IMG/VR virus record: IMGVR_UViG_3300032272_000006
Location: 1-64,000 of that record
Length of the DNA: 64,000 bases
Source: a virus
Lineage: Duplodnaviria; Caudoviricetes
Reading direction: 5' to 3' (one strand)
The notes beneath the pieces were generated by a model. That model saw only the letters and a program-made list of their open reading frames with translations. It had not been told where the DNA came from and ran no database searches. Made by a program: the position numbers and the translations under genes. Within the stretch, counting starts at the first letter, position 1. Each line of letters opens with the position of its first letter. Shown in pieces: positions 45,842-55,463 of the stretch.

Positions 45842-46660
45842 ATGTCCCGCCTAATTGTTTCGCCTACCGTGTTCGTCGTCGCGAAGACGACCGTTGACGA
45901 GTTCCAACTCAATGATTGGGCGGCGTTCAACGACCTCGACCATACCGAGGACACACCGATCTCGCTTTTGCTCGACGAAACCGAAGACGCGGGATCCCAC
46001 CGCCTCGTCGAGTTCGCAGGGCGTCATTGCTACCGCGCCTGGAACGCAGGCCGCGAGCGGCAAGAATATATCAACAACATTATTGCCCAGAATCACGGCT
46101 CGGTACTCGAGCATGCCAACTTAACGTTCGCGATACAAGGCGTCTCCCGCACGCTGACGCATGAACTCGTCCGGCACCGGGTTGGCGTCGCAATCAGCCA
46201 AGAATCCCAGCGCTACGTCGATGGCAAAGATATCCAGTTCGTGATTCCGCCGCTCGTCTTGCACATCTCGAAAGGTGTCACCGATCCCGCTCATGACTTG
46301 ATCATCGAGTTTGAAGAGCAGTGCCTGCGCGACCTTCGCGACTACATCGAGTTCCAGTCGCAGCTCCGCATGGCGCTTGCCAACACGTCGCGCGAGCGGA
46401 TGACGATCATCAAGAAGCGCATCAACGAGGCCGCGCGGTCACGATTGCCGAACGCAGCCGAGACGCGCCTGACCTGGACGGCGAATATCCGCCTCCTGCG
46501 GCACTTCTTCGACATGCGCGGTTCCGAGCATGCCGATCTCGAAATCCGGCGCCTCGCCTGTGCCCTGCACGACGCGGTGACGGAACACGCTCCCGCGTTC
46601 TTCAAGGACTACGTCCAGGAGCCCGGTGAGTTCGGAGTGAACAACGTAGTTCGCCGATAA
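45842..46660 (+). CDS. thyX: FAD-dependent thymidylate synthase
   Basis: HGSVLEH, RHR-x7-S (RHRVGVAISQESQRYV), HADLEIR. Confidence 0.95.
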   Translation: MSRLIVSPTVFVVAKTTVDEFQLNDWAAFNDLDHTEDTPISLLLDETEDAGSHRLVEFAGRHCYRAWNAGRERQEYINNIIAQNHGSVLEHANLTFAIQGVSRTLTHELVRHRVGVAISQESQRYVDGKDIQFVIPPLVLHISKGVTDPAHDLIIEFEEQCLRDLRDYIEFQSQLRMALANTSRERMTIIKKRINEAARSRLPNAAETRLTWTANIRLLRHFFDMRGSEHADLEIRRLACALHDAVTEHAPAFFKDYVQEPGEFGVNNVVRR

Positions 46661-48402
46661 TGGACATCTCGGTACTCGGCGACTGGGGCGTCATTGACGG
46701 CGCCACCGGCAAGGTGCGCAAGCGCCTTGCTGAGGACTTGCAGACGGAAACCGAAATGGTCGGCAACCGTCTCAAGTTTCGCCCGTCGCGCACGTCACTG
46801 ACCTACCTCGCCCATACGGCAGGAGCGGAGTTCGCGCCTAATTGCCGTACCGCGTGGGGTCACTTTTTCAAGAACCGAGCCGTCACCAAGGGCGTCTTCG
46901 AGTTCAAGACGAAGCCATACGAGCACCAGGAAGAGACGTTCGACCTGATCAAGGATCGAACTTACTACGCTCTCGAATGGGAGATGGGCCTCGGCAAGAC
47001 GAAGTGTGCCCTTGACGTGTCGGCCTACAAGTTCCTCAATCACCAGATAGATATGGTGATCGTTGTCACCGACAAAGGCGTCCACGAGAATTGGGTCGTG
47101 CGCGAGATTCCCGTCCATCTTGCCGTTGACCCGAAGCGAGTCAAGACGGCTTTCTGGAACATCAATCGAGTGGAAGCCGGTATGCGCGGCATGGTCGAGT
47201 TCGAAGGCTTGTCCATTGCGACGATGAACTTCTCAGTCGTGGCGCGAAAGAAGGGCGAAGCGTTTATCCGGCGAGCATGCGCGGAGAGACGGGTGCTGCT
47301 TATCGTGGACGAGTCCGACCGTATTGCCACGCCCAGCGCTGCTCAAACCAAAGCGCTCCTGCGCTATGGCAAGTTAGCATCCGCCCGTCTGATCATGACC
47401 GGAACGCCAATTGTCAATTCACCACTCGATGCCTGGGCACCTTTCAATTTCCTGAATCCACAGATTCTGGGTCAAGACAAGTTCTGGGCGTTTAAACATC
47501 GTTACTCCGTGTTCCAGGAACTACCCGGTATCACGCATATGGTATGGCGCAAGGACAAGAAAACAGGACGATCAATCCAGGTCGAGGAACCAGTCAAGGT
47601 CGTCGTTGGTCATAAGAACCTCGACGAACTCAAGCGACGCATCGACCCGCACCGGTCTCGCTTGCTCAAAGAGGACTGCCTCGACCTGCCCGAAAAGACG
47701 TACCGTCGGCACCCGTTCGAATTGCCCGACGAGTACAAGAAGGCCTACAAGTCGCTGAAGAACGACTTGATGATCGAACTCGATGGCGACCGGCGCGTCA
47801 CAGCCCCGCTTGCCTTGACGAAATTGCTACGCCTGCAGCAGTTGGTTTGTGGATTCGTCGTGCCTGAAGACGCAGGCATGGGCGACTCGGATTTGATCGG
47901 TGAGGCGTTTTCAGAAGTCAATCCTCGCATCGAAGCCCTTTCCCAAGTCGTGGATCGGGTTCAAGGTAAAGCATTGATCTGGGCGCCGTGGCGCTACTCC
48001 CTCGCCGAGATCGAGAAATGCCTTTCAGAGAAGTATGGTGCCGACTCGGTCGTCACATACTCGGGCGCGACCTCGACGGCAGACCGAACTTACGCCATCA
48101 ATGCCTTCCAGGATCCCGACTCGCCTGTGCGCTGGTTTATCGGGCAGCAACAGGCTGGTGGCCGAGGACTCACGCTGACACAGGCGCGCGACGTGATATA
48201 CTACGCGAACACGTACTCCTACGCACTACGCCTACAATCGGAGGACCGGGCGCATCGAATTGGACAGACGGGAACGGTGACCTATACCGACCTCGAAGCC
48301 ATATCAACGGTCGATGGTAAGATCATTCAGGCCCTGCTAGACAAGCAAGAGATTGCCTCGATGATCACCGGTGACCGCCTTAAAGAATGGTTGACCGATT
48401 AG
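46660..48402 (+). CDS. SNF2-family helicase
   Basis: EMGLGKT, VDESD, TGTPI, GLTLT, QSEDRAHRIGQ. Confidence 0.93.
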   Translation: MDISVLGDWGVIDGATGKVRKRLAEDLQTETEMVGNRLKFRPSRTSLTYLAHTAGAEFAPNCRTAWGHFFKNRAVTKGVFEFKTKPYEHQEETFDLIKDRTYYALEWEMGLGKTKCALDVSAYKFLNHQIDMVIVVTDKGVHENWVVREIPVHLAVDPKRVKTAFWNINRVEAGMRGMVEFEGLSIATMNFSVVARKKGEAFIRRACAERRVLLIVDESDRIATPSAAQTKALLRYGKLASARLIMTGTPIVNSPLDAWAPFNFLNPQILGQDKFWAFKHRYSVFQELPGITHMVWRKDKKTGRSIQVEEPVKVVVGHKNLDELKRRIDPHRSRLLKEDCLDLPEKTYRRHPFELPDEYKKAYKSLKNDLMIELDGDRRVTAPLALTKLLRLQQLVCGFVVPEDAGMGDSDLIGEAFSEVNPRIEALSQVVDRVQGKALIWAPWRYSLAEIEKCLSEKYGADSVVTYSGATSTADRTYAINAFQDPDSPVRWFIGQQQAGGRGLTLTQARDVIYYANTYSYALRLQSEDRAHRIGQTGTVTYTDLEAISTVDGKIIQALLDKQEIASMITGDRLKEWLTD

Positions 48403-48443
48403 GGTCTTCCATATAGTTTCACAGCATCAGTGGAGATAACGAA

Positions 48444-48842
48444 ATGCCGCGCGTTTACATCATCAACCAGCCACGAGACAACCCTCGGGCAGCCCTAGGG
48501 CCGTCTTACGACGTGTCGCCCGCCATGCAGTACGGCGAGATTCACTTCGTTTTCCCGACGGACGACTTTCCGTCTCCGTCAGCGGATTTGGATCGCGCAA
48601 TCGAACACGCTTGGAAAGCCCTCGCCGATTTCGACGCGGAAACCGACTACGTTGTATGGGCCGGCGGCGATCCGATCTCGATGCTGATTGCAGCGCCGAT
48701 ACTGTTCGACCTTGCAGGCGATGGCGTTCGCTATCTGAAGTTCGAACGCGGTCGCGCCCCGAACGGAGACAAGATCCAGTCGGGTTACTACTCGCCCAAG
48801 ACAGTAACCTTATTCAACGAGGAAACAGATGACGAAGAGTAA
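48444..48842 (+). CDS. Hypothetical protein
   Basis: PAMQYGEI, GDP motifs; in replication operon. Confidence 0.75.
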   Translation: MPRVYIINQPRDNPRAALGPSYDVSPAMQYGEIHFVFPTDDFPSPSADLDRAIEHAWKALADFDAETDYVVWAGGDPISMLIAAPILFDLAGDGVRYLKFERGRAPNGDKIQSGYYSPKTVTLFNEETDDEE

Positions 48843-49422
48843 AGAAGACATCCTTGCCGAACTCGAAGACACAGAAGTCGCCGGTGAAGCCGAACTCCTG
48901 ACGGTCTCGAACCTGGTCGCCTTGCAGCTCACCCGCGAGGGCGAGGTCAGCCGCCTCGAGGCCGAATTGAAGGCGGCGAAAGCCGACCTGCTCGACATTA
49001 GCGACCGCAAATTGCCGGAGGCGTTGAAGAACGCCCGCACCAAGAAGTTCGTCACCGACGACGGCAAAACGGTCGAACTCAAGGAGGAGTTGACAATCTC
49101 CCTCCCGAAGAAGCGAAACGACGAGATCATTGCCAAGCTAGTGTCTTGGGACTTCGGTGACCTCGTCGCAAATACCTTGACCTGTGATATTGAGAAAGGC
49201 AAGGACAACCTCGCCGGCGAGATCATGGAAAAGGCGAACGAGATCGGTCTCGACATGAAAAGGTCGAAGTCGGTCAATGCAGGTTCGGTCAAGAAGGTGT
49301 TGAAGGACCGAATGAAGGATTGCGCTGAAGGAAAGAAGGACAAGGACGGCAAACCTCTCGAAGCCGTGGACCTAGGATTCTTCGGTGCGTTCGAAGTTAC
49401 CCGTGCTAAAATAACCCAGTAA
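48829..49422 (+). CDS. Coiled-coil replication-region protein
   Basis: GGA RBS; synteny between helicase and SSB-like gene. Confidence 0.75.
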   Translation: MTKSKEDILAELEDTEVAGEAELLTVSNLVALQLTREGEVSRLEAELKAAKADLLDISDRKLPEALKNARTKKFVTDDGKTVELKEELTISLPKKRNDEIIAKLVSWDFGDLVANTLTCDIEKGKDNLAGEIMEKANEIGLDMKRSKSVNAGSVKKVLKDRMKDCAEGKKDKDGKPLEAVDLGFFGAFEVTRAKITQ

Positions 49423-49445
49423 CCGCAGACCAGAAGGAGATTAAC

Positions 49446-50324
49446 ATGGCTGCAAAGAAAGAAGTCGCGAAGAAGGCGGAGGCAGGCCTGCCAGCCGCCC
49501 TTCTCGAAGAGCTCGAGATCGCAGGAGCCGAGCGGGAGGTGATGGGTAAGGACGATATGTCCATTCCGTTCCTCCAGATCCTGCAAAGCCTATCGCCGCA
49601 GTGCACGAAGGGCGAGCCGGAGTTCATCAAAGGCGCGGAAGCGTCGATGCTGTTCAATACGGTGACCAAGGATATGTTCCCGACGTATGACGAGGACGAC
49701 AACTCCTTGCCGGGCGCCCACGTCATCTCCATTGCCTACAAGCCATCCTTTATCGAATGGGTGCCTCGTGCGCAAGGCGGCGGCTTCGTCAACGAGTACG
49801 ACGTTGCGGTCGGGTCGACCATCATCACTCAGCGAAACGACACGAACCAGGACATTATTCAGCCGGGTTCCCCTGTCGGTACGCCGGGCAACCAGTTGGC
49901 CTATACCCATACCCACTTCGTCTTCGTCGTTGACAAAGCAACCGGTCGCATTAAGCCGGCCGTTATGTCGATGACTTCGACCCAGGTCAAGCCGTCGAAG
50001 ACATGGAATGCTCTGATCAACGAGACCGAATTGCCGTCCGGCAAGCCGGCGCCTCGCTTCTTCGGCGTATGGGCCGTCTCGACTCAGCGTCGCTCGAACG
50101 ATCACGGCACCTGGTACGTCTGGGACTTCACGCGGGATGGTTCAATCATCGACCTCGGCGACGCAGCCGGTGCGGTGATGGCCGAAGCGAAGAAATTTGC
50201 TACCGGCATCGACGAAGGCGAGGTCTCCGCTGATCATGCGAAGGCCGCGGCAGCCGAGAACCCAACCGTTGATCCCGGCAAAGACGCCGGCGGCGAAGAG
50301 GGCGACGAAGAAATCCCGTTCTAA
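49446..50324 (+). CDS. ssDNA-binding/annealing-like protein
   Basis: IPFLQILQSLSPQ motif, aromatic residues, acidic tail ending EEIPF. Confidence 0.65.
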   Translation: MAAKKEVAKKAEAGLPAALLEELEIAGAEREVMGKDDMSIPFLQILQSLSPQCTKGEPEFIKGAEASMLFNTVTKDMFPTYDEDDNSLPGAHVISIAYKPSFIEWVPRAQGGGFVNEYDVAVGSTIITQRNDTNQDIIQPGSPVGTPGNQLAYTHTHFVFVVDKATGRIKPAVMSMTSTQVKPSKTWNALINETELPSGKPAPRFFGVWAVSTQRRSNDHGTWYVWDFTRDGSIIDLGDAAGAVMAEAKKFATGIDEGEVSADHAKAAAAENPTVDPGKDAGGEEGDEEIPF

Positions 50325-50335
50325 GGAATTGACGC

Positions 50336-51865
50336 ATGAGCACTACTGATAGGTTCATGCGCCTCTTCCGCGGGTACACGAAACGGCACGGCCAGTACGT
50401 GGTCGAGAAGCAAGAAGACTCGGGCAAGTTTTCTGGCCGTGCCAATACCGTGGACACGCCTCCTGACCAGGAGGCGTTCGAGGCGCATCTAAAAGGCGAG
50501 AAAGGCATCGGGGTTATCCCGTTGACCGAAGAAAACAAATGCTACTTTGCCGCTATCGACATTGACGTCTACCCGGTCGATCATATGAAGATCGCTTGGG
50601 CGGTAAAAGACATGCCGCTATTCGTCACGAGGTCGAAGTCGAACGGCGCGCATATCTGGCTCTTCATTCCAGACGGCGCAGACGCTACCGTCGTCGTCCG
50701 CTTCATGAAGAAGGTGGCGGGCGAACTCGGCTATGGCGGTTGCGAAATCTTCCCGAAGCAGACGCAACGGGCAGGCCCGCAGGACGTGGGCAACTGGATC
50801 AACCTGCCATACTTCGGCGACTCCCGTGTCGGCGTCGTGATACGATCAGAAACGGAGAAGGTGCTCGACGAGTACCCACTCGAGCAGTGGCTCGACTTCG
50901 TGGAAGAGAATACCACGATGGTCACTCAGGAGGAACTCGACGAGCGTGCTCCTCGCGTTACCGGGACACGACGGTCGGGCGCAACCAAGAAGGACTTCGA
51001 GGATGGGCCTCCGTGTCTCGAGCGCATCATGCAAAATGGCATGGGCGAGGGTTCGCGGAATAACGTCATGTACCAGTGCATCCAATACTTGGTGCGCAAG
51101 TACACCTCAGCCGACGAGATCGAAGGCCGGGCGATGAAGTTCAATCTTGAAGCCTACGACCCGCCTTTGCCAGCGTCCGAGGTTCGGGCGGTTCTCAAGT
51201 CAGTGATGGCGAAGGAGCGCGGGTTCAAGTGTCACGAGGAGCCAATGTCCGGCTACTGCGACCGACAAGCATGTCTTCGTCGCACGTTCGGAGTCGGTTC
51301 CGACACAAGCGACCTTGAGTTTGAGATCGGCGGCTTCTCGAAATTGCTGTCTGAACCACCTATGTATGCGTTCAACGCAGACGGCAAGCGAGTCATTCTG
51401 CCGAACGTCAAAGCGCTGTCCAACCAGAAGGAGTTCCGCAACTACCTAATCGACGCGATCTCGAAAGTCATGCCGATGATGGTGCAGGGTAAGTACGACC
51501 AGCTCCTTCGCCAGTGGCTGTCGAATTGCGAAGACGTGCCCATGCCACCGGACGCTGATTTCCGGACACAGTGGGCGGATGCTCTCGTCGACTTCGTCGA
51601 GTCGCATCTTCACGACGACCGGGCCCGTATCGTCAAAGGGCACGCTTGGATCGACATGGAGGCGGGACGTGCTTATTTCCAGCTCCAGGCATTCAAGAAA
51701 TATCTCGGTCAGCAGCGTATCACCTTCACCGACGCGCTCCTTTCCGTGTACTTGGTCGAGAAGGTCGGAATGACTTTCCACGCGAAGGGCACGACGGTCG
51801 CGGGAACGTCTCAAAGGTTATATAGTATCCCGGTCGCGATGCTCGATCCAAATGCTGGGAACTAG
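50336..51865 (+). CDS. AEP-type primase(-polymerase) with PriCT-like domain
   Basis: FAAIDID, RSKSNGAHIW, NWINLPY, PPC...EGSRN motifs. Confidence 0.85.
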   Translation: MSTTDRFMRLFRGYTKRHGQYVVEKQEDSGKFSGRANTVDTPPDQEAFEAHLKGEKGIGVIPLTEENKCYFAAIDIDVYPVDHMKIAWAVKDMPLFVTRSKSNGAHIWLFIPDGADATVVVRFMKKVAGELGYGGCEIFPKQTQRAGPQDVGNWINLPYFGDSRVGVVIRSETEKVLDEYPLEQWLDFVEENTTMVTQEELDERAPRVTGTRRSGATKKDFEDGPPCLERIMQNGMGEGSRNNVMYQCIQYLVRKYTSADEIEGRAMKFNLEAYDPPLPASEVRAVLKSVMAKERGFKCHEEPMSGYCDRQACLRRTFGVGSDTSDLEFEIGGFSKLLSEPPMYAFNADGKRVILPNVKALSNQKEFRNYLIDAISKVMPMMVQGKYDQLLRQWLSNCEDVPMPPDADFRTQWADALVDFVESHLHDDRARIVKGHAWIDMEAGRAYFQLQAFKKYLGQQRITFTDALLSVYLVEKVGMTFHAKGTTVAGTSQRLYSIPVAMLDPNAGN

Positions 51866-51867
51866 AT

Positions 51868-53340
51868 ATGCTAACGCTCGTCTTGGGAGGGCCAGGTTGT
51901 GGTAAGACCACCGCTTTGTTGAATATCATCGACGACCTGCTCTCCCGAGGCGTGGCGCCTAACAAGATTGCCTACCTGACATTTACGAAGAAGGCCGCTC
52001 AGGAAGGCTTGACTCGAGCCATGGAGAAGTTCAATTTCGAGGCGGACGATCTCCCATACTTTCGCACGCTGCACTCTCTCGCATTCCAGCAACTTGCCCT
52101 CGATCCCAACATGGTCATGACCGAGACGAATTGGCGCGAGTTTGGCGCCGTCGTCGGGTTGCAATTGACGGCCCCTCCTGAGGGTGAAATTGGCGGCAAG
52201 CCGGGATCACAATTTCTAAGCGCTGTCCAATTCGCGCGACTTCGTCAGAGGCCCCTCCGGTCGGTTTGCCAGGATCTCAAACTCGACCTCACCGAGGCCG
52301 AGTACATCGAAAGTCATCTCGCCGCGTTTAAACGGGATCGAGGGTTGGTCGACTTCACCGACATGCTCGAAGCATTCCGAACCGAAGGCGTCGTCCCGCC
52401 CGTCGACTATTTGATCGTTGACGAGGGACAAGACCTCTCAACGCTGCAATGGCAAATCGTCGACCGCATAGCGAAGCGTGTTGACGATATGTGGGTTGCT
52501 GGTGACGATGACCAGGCGATCTACGAATGGGCGGGCGCCGACGTTGAGCGGTTCCTGAAACTCGAAGGCAAGAAGATCGTCCTGCCTATATCGTATCGAC
52601 TCAAAACCAGCGTCTTCGACGTGACGCAAGGAATTGCTCACACGATCCGAGACAGGTTCGACAAGGATTGGAAGCCGCATGCTGACGGAGGCGAGATTGA
52701 CCGCGTCAATGGAATTGAGCATGTAAACCTCGACGAGGGATCTTGGTACCTCCTCGCCCGCAATCATTACCTCCTAGAACCCTTGCGTCGGCATCTGCGT
52801 GACAAAGGATACTCCTACCTCGAGCACGAACAGTCCTCGACTGACAACGCGAACGTCCGAGCCATGATCCATTGGGAGGCATTGCGCAAAGGCGAGAAGA
52901 TCAACGTAGAAACCCTGAAAGAAATCTGGAATCGCCTCAAGAGAGACGCAGTAGAATCGTCTCGCCTCGACATTGACCCGGAGGCAATCGTCTCTCTTGC
53001 GGATCTCCGTGGGCACTACGGCTTGTTGACGGACGCGCCTTGGTTCGAAGTGATGCGGTTCAACGATTGGGAGATTGAGTACTACCGGGCATGTAGACAG
53101 CGTGGCGAGAAGCTGCTTGCACGTCCGCGGATCACGCTATCGACCATCCACGGTGTCAAAGGTGGGCAGGCCGACAACGTTTTCTTAATGAGCGACATGG
53201 CGCCCAAATCATACGAGGCACTGGTGCGCAAGAAATCGGACGAAGAAAAGCGGGTGTTCTACGTTGCGACATCTCGCGCGAAGGAGCGCTTGATAATCAA
53301 CAACCCCGTCTCGCCTCGATACTTTGACTTAACGCAATAG
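51868..53340 (+). CDS. UvrD/Rep-like SF1 helicase
   Basis: GGPGCGKT, VDEGQD, GDDDQAIY, STIHGVKG, YVATSRA. Confidence 0.92.
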   Translation: MLTLVLGGPGCGKTTALLNIIDDLLSRGVAPNKIAYLTFTKKAAQEGLTRAMEKFNFEADDLPYFRTLHSLAFQQLALDPNMVMTETNWREFGAVVGLQLTAPPEGEIGGKPGSQFLSAVQFARLRQRPLRSVCQDLKLDLTEAEYIESHLAAFKRDRGLVDFTDMLEAFRTEGVVPPVDYLIVDEGQDLSTLQWQIVDRIAKRVDDMWVAGDDDQAIYEWAGADVERFLKLEGKKIVLPISYRLKTSVFDVTQGIAHTIRDRFDKDWKPHADGGEIDRVNGIEHVNLDEGSWYLLARNHYLLEPLRRHLRDKGYSYLEHEQSSTDNANVRAMIHWEALRKGEKINVETLKEIWNRLKRDAVESSRLDIDPEAIVSLADLRGHYGLLTDAPWFEVMRFNDWEIEYYRACRQRGEKLLARPRITLSTIHGVKGGQADNVFLMSDMAPKSYEALVRKKSDEEKRVFYVATSRAKERLIINNPVSPRYFDLTQ

Positions 53341-53349
53341 GAGAAAATA

Positions 53350-53931
53350 ATGCTACCAATAATGGTACCTTTAGACAGAACAACACAATGGATGGAAACG
53401 CATGCTGGAAAGCAGCTGTTCCTTCCCGTCACAGAAGACATGATCGAGATCGAAGACATCGCCCACGCCCTTTCGATGCAGTGCCGCTACGCTGGTCACA
53501 CGAAGCAATTCTACTCGGTCGCGGAGCATTGCTGCCTCGTGTCGGATTGGGTGTGGCGCTCGATGAAAAATCATCCAGACTCTGAGCACCGAGTGAAGAC
53601 AGCCCTTGCCGCGCTCATGCACGATGCGTCCGAGGCGTACTTGGTCGACATTCCGAAACCCATCAAGCCCTACCTCACCAACTACGCCGAGCTGGAACAG
53701 CAGATCGAAGTCGTGGTCGCGGACAAGTACGGCTTTGAGTACCCATATGCGAAATTGATCAAAGAGGCGGACGTCCGTATACTGCTCGACGAGCGAGCAC
53801 AGCTCTTTGATTGGTCAGGACACGACTGGGAGTTGCCTGTGTCCGAGCCCCTCGGTGTCCATATCGACGCACTCTCGCCGCAACAGGCGAAGGCGCAATT
53901 TCTTGAAAGGTTCCACGACTATGCCAGCTAA
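53350..53931 (+). CDS. HD-domain 5'-deoxynucleotidase (YfdR-like)
   Basis: DIAHALS..CRY.GH...YSVAEH, MHDASEAY..D. Confidence 0.88.
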   Translation: MLPIMVPLDRTTQWMETHAGKQLFLPVTEDMIEIEDIAHALSMQCRYAGHTKQFYSVAEHCCLVSDWVWRSMKNHPDSEHRVKTALAALMHDASEAYLVDIPKPIKPYLTNYAELEQQIEVVVADKYGFEYPYAKLIKEADVRILLDERAQLFDWSGHDWELPVSEPLGVHIDALSPQQAKAQFLERFHDYAS

Positions 53932-54427
53932 AGAACATTTGATCACGCGGGAGATCGGCATCGACGCCGGTCACCGCGTTACCTACCACGGGTCGAAGTG
54001 TCGCAACATTCATGGGCACCGATACACGATCCAGGCGACCTGCGCCGGCCCGTTGTTCGATCAAGGCGAGCAGGAGGGCATGGTCCTCGACTTCGGCTTC
54101 CTCAAGGAAGAAATGATGGACGTCATTGATGGGGCCTGCGACCATGGCTTCATTATGTGGAACAAGGATCCTTTGCTCGGTACCTTCTTGAACATGGATC
54201 CCGCCACATTGACGCATGAGACGGAGGCGCATCGCATCACCGAGACGGCGGTCGGCAAGATGTATGTTGTCCCGTTCGTCCCGACGGCCGAGAACCTCGC
54301 GCGTCACTGGTTCGACCTACTCGCCAAGCGCGTCAACGAACGAACCGATGGGCAGGCGCGGATGTATCAGATCACGGTGTGGGAGACGCCAAATTGCTCT
54401 GCCCAATATCCCTCGGTGCCCACCTAG
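53921..54427 (+). CDS. queD: 6-carboxy-5,6,7,8-tetrahydropterin synthase
   Basis: DAGHR, CRNIHGHRY, LDFG, DHGF, PTAENLA, VWETP. Confidence 0.93.
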   Translation: MPAKEHLITREIGIDAGHRVTYHGSKCRNIHGHRYTIQATCAGPLFDQGEQEGMVLDFGFLKEEMMDVIDGACDHGFIMWNKDPLLGTFLNMDPATLTHETEAHRITETAVGKMYVVPFVPTAENLARHWFDLLAKRVNERTDGQARMYQITVWETPNCSAQYPSVPT

Positions 54428-54440
54428 GACGCAAATTGTT

Positions 54441-54530
54441 TTGACCGTTTGACCGTGCTACAGTACAGTCATTCGACGACATGGTAACCTCCGAACTTGG
54501 GCCCGGATTAAACCCCGGGCCCATTTTTTT
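54441..54530 (+). ncRNA. Candidate ~55-nt sRNA (promoter, CCTCC seed, terminator)
   Basis: TTGACC-17-TACAGT; ACCTCC; GGGCCCGG-ATTAAACC-CCGGGCCC plus T7. Confidence 0.35.
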
Positions 54531-54531
54531 C

Positions 54532-54560
54532 TTGACACCTAGGTATAAGTCGCTTATAAG
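54532..54560 (+). promoter_or_regulatory. Promoter with operator TATAAGTCGCTTATA (54544-54558)
   Basis: TTGACA-17-TATAAG; operator identical to 485-499. Confidence 0.82.
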
Positions 54561-54615
54561 TGTTGGGAAGGTTCGATAACGAGCTTTCTTAAATAACGCA
54601 ACAACGGAGAAGATC

Positions 54616-55335
54616 ATGTATATCGTAACTCAGAATTCAAAAGGCGTTGCCGCAGTTTTCACCGCGAACGAAGACGAGGCAAACTTGTTCAACAACGAGC
54701 CGGAGCTTTTCGCGGACGACCTCAGCGGTTGGGTGATCAGCGAGGCGGCTGATCTCGAGGCAAACTTGTCCAAAGGTCAGATGGTCGCCATTTATAATTC
54801 ACTGGCGGGTGAGAATCTGGTCAAGTTCCAGAACAAGGCGATGGGCGCCCAGCGCACAATGCCCTTGGTCGAGCGCAACGCCAAGCCGTTCGATGAACTC
54901 GGTGCCAAGCCGGTTTCGACGGATGACGGCACGACCTTGGTCGATCATCTCGACCACATCGTTGTCCAAGACAAGCCGAAGTCGCGTGGTCGCTCGGACA
55001 AGGGCATCCACAACATCCCGCCCAAAGATAGGGCGGTGGCTTGCCGTGCTGGAACGAAGCAGCAGGCTCTCATTGACGCTCTCGCGAAGGGTGCGACGAT
55101 GGCCGACCTGCTCGACGCGACGTCCGCGAAGAACGGCGGCAAGGATTGGACGGAGGGTTCTGTCAAGTCGGGCTTCTACGAAGACGTCAACACCAAGAAG
55201 GGTTATGGCGTCCGGACGGAAGTTGTCGTCGAAGGCGATCCTTCGACCTACAAGTACTTCCTCGTGTACCCTGAAGGCGCCAGCGCACCGTTGGCACCTA
55301 CCTCGAAAAAGAAAGTGGAGGATACCGACTCCTAA
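54616..55335 (+). CDS. Putative winged-helix DNA-binding protein (DUF3489-like C-terminus)
   Basis: RAGTKQQALIDALAKGATMADL motif. Confidence 0.6.
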   Translation: MYIVTQNSKGVAAVFTANEDEANLFNNEPELFADDLSGWVISEAADLEANLSKGQMVAIYNSLAGENLVKFQNKAMGAQRTMPLVERNAKPFDELGAKPVSTDDGTTLVDHLDHIVVQDKPKSRGRSDKGIHNIPPKDRAVACRAGTKQQALIDALAKGATMADLLDATSAKNGGKDWTEGSVKSGFYEDVNTKKGYGVRTEVVVEGDPSTYKYFLVYPEGASAPLAPTSKKKVEDTDS

Positions 55336-55463
55336 GATCGTTGTTGCGCCAAACGGTTCGGCGCGCTAATATGTGATGGACGGCCCGGGCCTTCGTGCCC
55401 GGGTCATTCATTAACGCCTCACCGTTTAAACACCTGTGATGGTTCAACCAGGAGACAAAAACC

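Noticed and set aside
53350-53931. Z-genome (DatZ/PurZ) system
   Set aside because: The HD protein has YfdR-like motifs, and no purZ-like synthetase is in the window.
55336-55463. preQ1 riboswitch upstream of queC
   Set aside because: There is a promoter and two hairpins, but no preQ1-I AGAGGTTCTAG...A-rich tail or other class signature.
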